64,000 nucleotides of DNA, from NCBI GenBank assembly GCA_051047955.1, contig JBPGPT010000016.1, forward strand, positions 62,001 to 126,000, in the 5' to 3' direction. Positions 62,102 to 64,000 of this stretch are shown here, one piece after another. Position numbers and translations under genes: made by a program. The stretch is from Cystobasidiomycetes sp. EMM_F5 (lineage: Eukaryota). The notes beneath the pieces were generated by a model. The model saw only the letters and a program-made list of their open reading frames with translations. It was not told where the DNA came from and did not search any database. Each line of letters starts with the position of its first letter. Within the stretch, counting starts at the first letter, position 1.

Positions 62102-62755
62102 AAGGCGACAGTCGCATAGCCAGTTGAACGTTGCTGTGTATGTCGAGTCTCTTCCTGGTTTATCTGTACCAGACCTGCGTCATGCCCGCACGCTACCGAG
62201 CGAACTAGCGGACGGTCCTGTCGTCGATGACCTGGAGTGCAGCAAGCAAGCGAATGCGCTTCACAATGCGTGTAGCGAATAAAATCCGGAGTCCCTCTTA
62301 ATCGAACGCAGAATTTGTGTGTTGTCGAATTCCAAGGGGTTCCTCAGTCATCTCTGCGCGTAAAGGTGGACCGGATGGATTTGATCAAAATCTAGCACCC
62401 CACTTTCGAGTTGTACTAGGCGTGGTCAAGTATCTACGACATCATTTGCTATGTACGGCAGCTCGTCCGTAAACATGTCTCATTGTTGCCCGGGCGTGCG
62501 AAGGTAAATGCTCCTAACGAGACCCAGGCTTCGCAATTTTTTTTGAAATTTATTTCTGCATCTTCGGATGACAACGGTGAAGAATGCTTGCCTGCTGGAC
62601 GAGCTATGCGACTCTCAAAAGTTAGGATTACGTTACGCCAAGCAGACTAGACCCAGACTATAACTAGCTTATGATGTCCGCCTTCTCCACCGTTGCAGCC
62701 CTTTTACATTTTGCTCTTTTGCTTGTTGTTCTCTTGCCCATGGTATTCGACAGAC

Positions 62756-63509
62756 TTATCGTCCGCCGTGGTGTCCACCAGACATTGCGCCTTTGGAGAC
62801 GGAGTTGCCTCCATCCTGGGCCGCACTACAAAGAGACATCGGTTCAGCATCGCAAAAGCAGATACTCTTTTCCAACAACTCACTTCTTGACAGCCGACTC
62901 CTTTGTCCTGCCGACACCCTTAGCGGTACGATTGTTGCCTTCCTTTAAAACTTTGATAACGGCATCATCCTTGTTTTTCGACGAAAGGTCGTTTTCGAGC
63001 TGAGCTTTGCTCGCCGTCTCCCACTGTCCTTGCGCGCCAGTCGCAGAGTGATAGACTTCGAATTTGCCCTGATAGAAGTAGGATGAAATTAGCAACAGTT
63101 CAGTAGTCGAGATGGATGATGCACCCACCACAAAGCTAGTCAACGCAATCGTACTGAGATGCATTGAACAGGGATTCAGTACGTTTGATAGCGGAGGGGT
63201 ACTCATTCACAGCGTGAGTATACGTACGTGTCTGTATATGCACATAAAAGCGTTCGCAAACAGACACAGCGATCAGCACTACGAGCGGAACCAAGGTGAA
63301 ACCTCCAGCTGGACGACCCACCGCCAGCCTTCCACTTCTCGTATTCCTCATTGTTATCCACGTAGACGCAGTAGGCGTCGGTCCTGTGAAATGACCATTG
63401 ATTGCATGTCAGAACCGAGCCCAGCAGGACACGACAGGCACGGTCCGAGCTCGAATTGGATTGCTGCTCACGAGTTGGGGTCTGGCTGATAGACGATCTG
63501 AATAGACAT
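62756..63509 (-). CDS. RTC3: Rtc3 / SBDS N-terminal-like small protein (6 exons including a 4-nt exon)
   Basis: Spliced MSIQIVYQPDPNSTDAYCVYVDNNEEYEKWKAGDTTIALTSFVGKFEVYHSATGAQG..ASKAQLEND..AVIKVLKEG. Confidence 0.8.
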
Positions 63510-63689
63510 GGTGGATGTATATCGCGTGTGCTGAATTTGCTATTCTCGGACGTGGTGGGTATGAGAGGGAAGGCAACCTCTGACGTCGTCAAATTCCATG
63601 TAGGCGGTCAAGATGGAGACGGCCGAAAGGGTGAAAACAACGCCAATTCGATGAACATCGGTGCCCATCTATATATTGTCACACTATAA

Positions 63690-64000
63690 TCACTTCTCGT
63701 ACACAAACTTGTTTACGAGCGTTCCGATACCCTCAAACCAAATGTGCATAGTCTCGCCGTCCTTGATTATACGCCGAGGGCTACGAGTCCATCCAATACC
63801 TGCAGCGGTGCCGAAGAGTATGATGGTCCCCTTCTCGAGAGTCGTGCCCTGCGAAAGGAAAGAGACTGCTTTTTTGGTGGTGAAGATCATGTCGCTGCGA
63901 CAAAGCATAAATAAGAAAACAAGAGGACGAAGGGTTCGACTGGATGCTCACCTGGTATTAGAGTGCTGCACTACCTCGCCAGAGAGCGTGCCCTTATGTT
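63690..64000 (-). CDS. Fumarylacetoacetate hydrolase family protein, 3' part (continues beyond the window)
   Basis: SDMIFTTKKAVSFLSQGTTLEKGTIILFGTAAGIG...GIGTLVN is the typical FAH-family C-terminus. Confidence 0.85.

Noticed and set aside
53700..63700. Cryptic peroxisomal PTS1 via stop-codon readthrough
   Set aside because: The stop contexts I checked (ABC, RING-DM9, AKR, CRY, RTC3, FAH) lack the TGA-CTA readthrough context, and none of these proteins ends in an SKL-like tripeptide.
1..64000. Numerous antisense and overlapping ORFs of 60-290 aa in the ORF track
   Set aside because: They are shadows of low-complexity coding regions, or lie in probable UTRs (e.g. 25659-26543, 29027-29674), and have no recognisable motifs.
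1..64000. tRNA, rRNA, CRISPR arrays or transposons
   Set aside because: The GGTTCG hits I checked lack cloverleaf context. I saw no repeat-spacer arrays, LTRs/TIRs, or transposase/RT motifs.

Overview
Gene-dense, intron-rich eukaryotic DNA with short GT-AG introns (mostly about 50-90 nt) and CTRAC/CTGAT-like branch points. The protein families point to a basidiomycete fungus, probably a Pucciniomycotina-type yeast (inference). I reconstructed about 24 spliced protein-coding genes by hand. Recognisable genes are epsin, two tandem MP88-type GPI mannoproteins, an alpha-arrestin-like protein, FHIP/RAI16, a GT32 glycosyltransferase, a Kre9/Knh1-like GPI protein, Yng2/ING, a TRP/Flc-like membrane protein, a Yor1-like ABCC transporter, an aldo-keto reductase, mitoribosomal bS18m, cryptochrome DASH, Rtc3 and part of an FAH-family gene; several others are disordered hypothetical proteins. 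I saw no tRNA, rRNA, CRISPR array or transposon. The best novelty candidate is a CHFR-like RING E3 ligase whose C-terminus is a DM9 (DUF3421, mannose-lectin type) module, a possible glycan-sensing ubiquitin ligase. Other notable points: a PP1-docking protein behind a long ATG-depleted leader with one uORF (GADD34-like logic); a second long ATG-free leader with an in-frame open extension; a long epsin intron with hairpin-masked acceptors; a 1-nt intron slide between tandem paralogs; and a 4-nt micro-exon. All family calls come from motif recognition by eye, with no database search, and exon boundaries are predictions.
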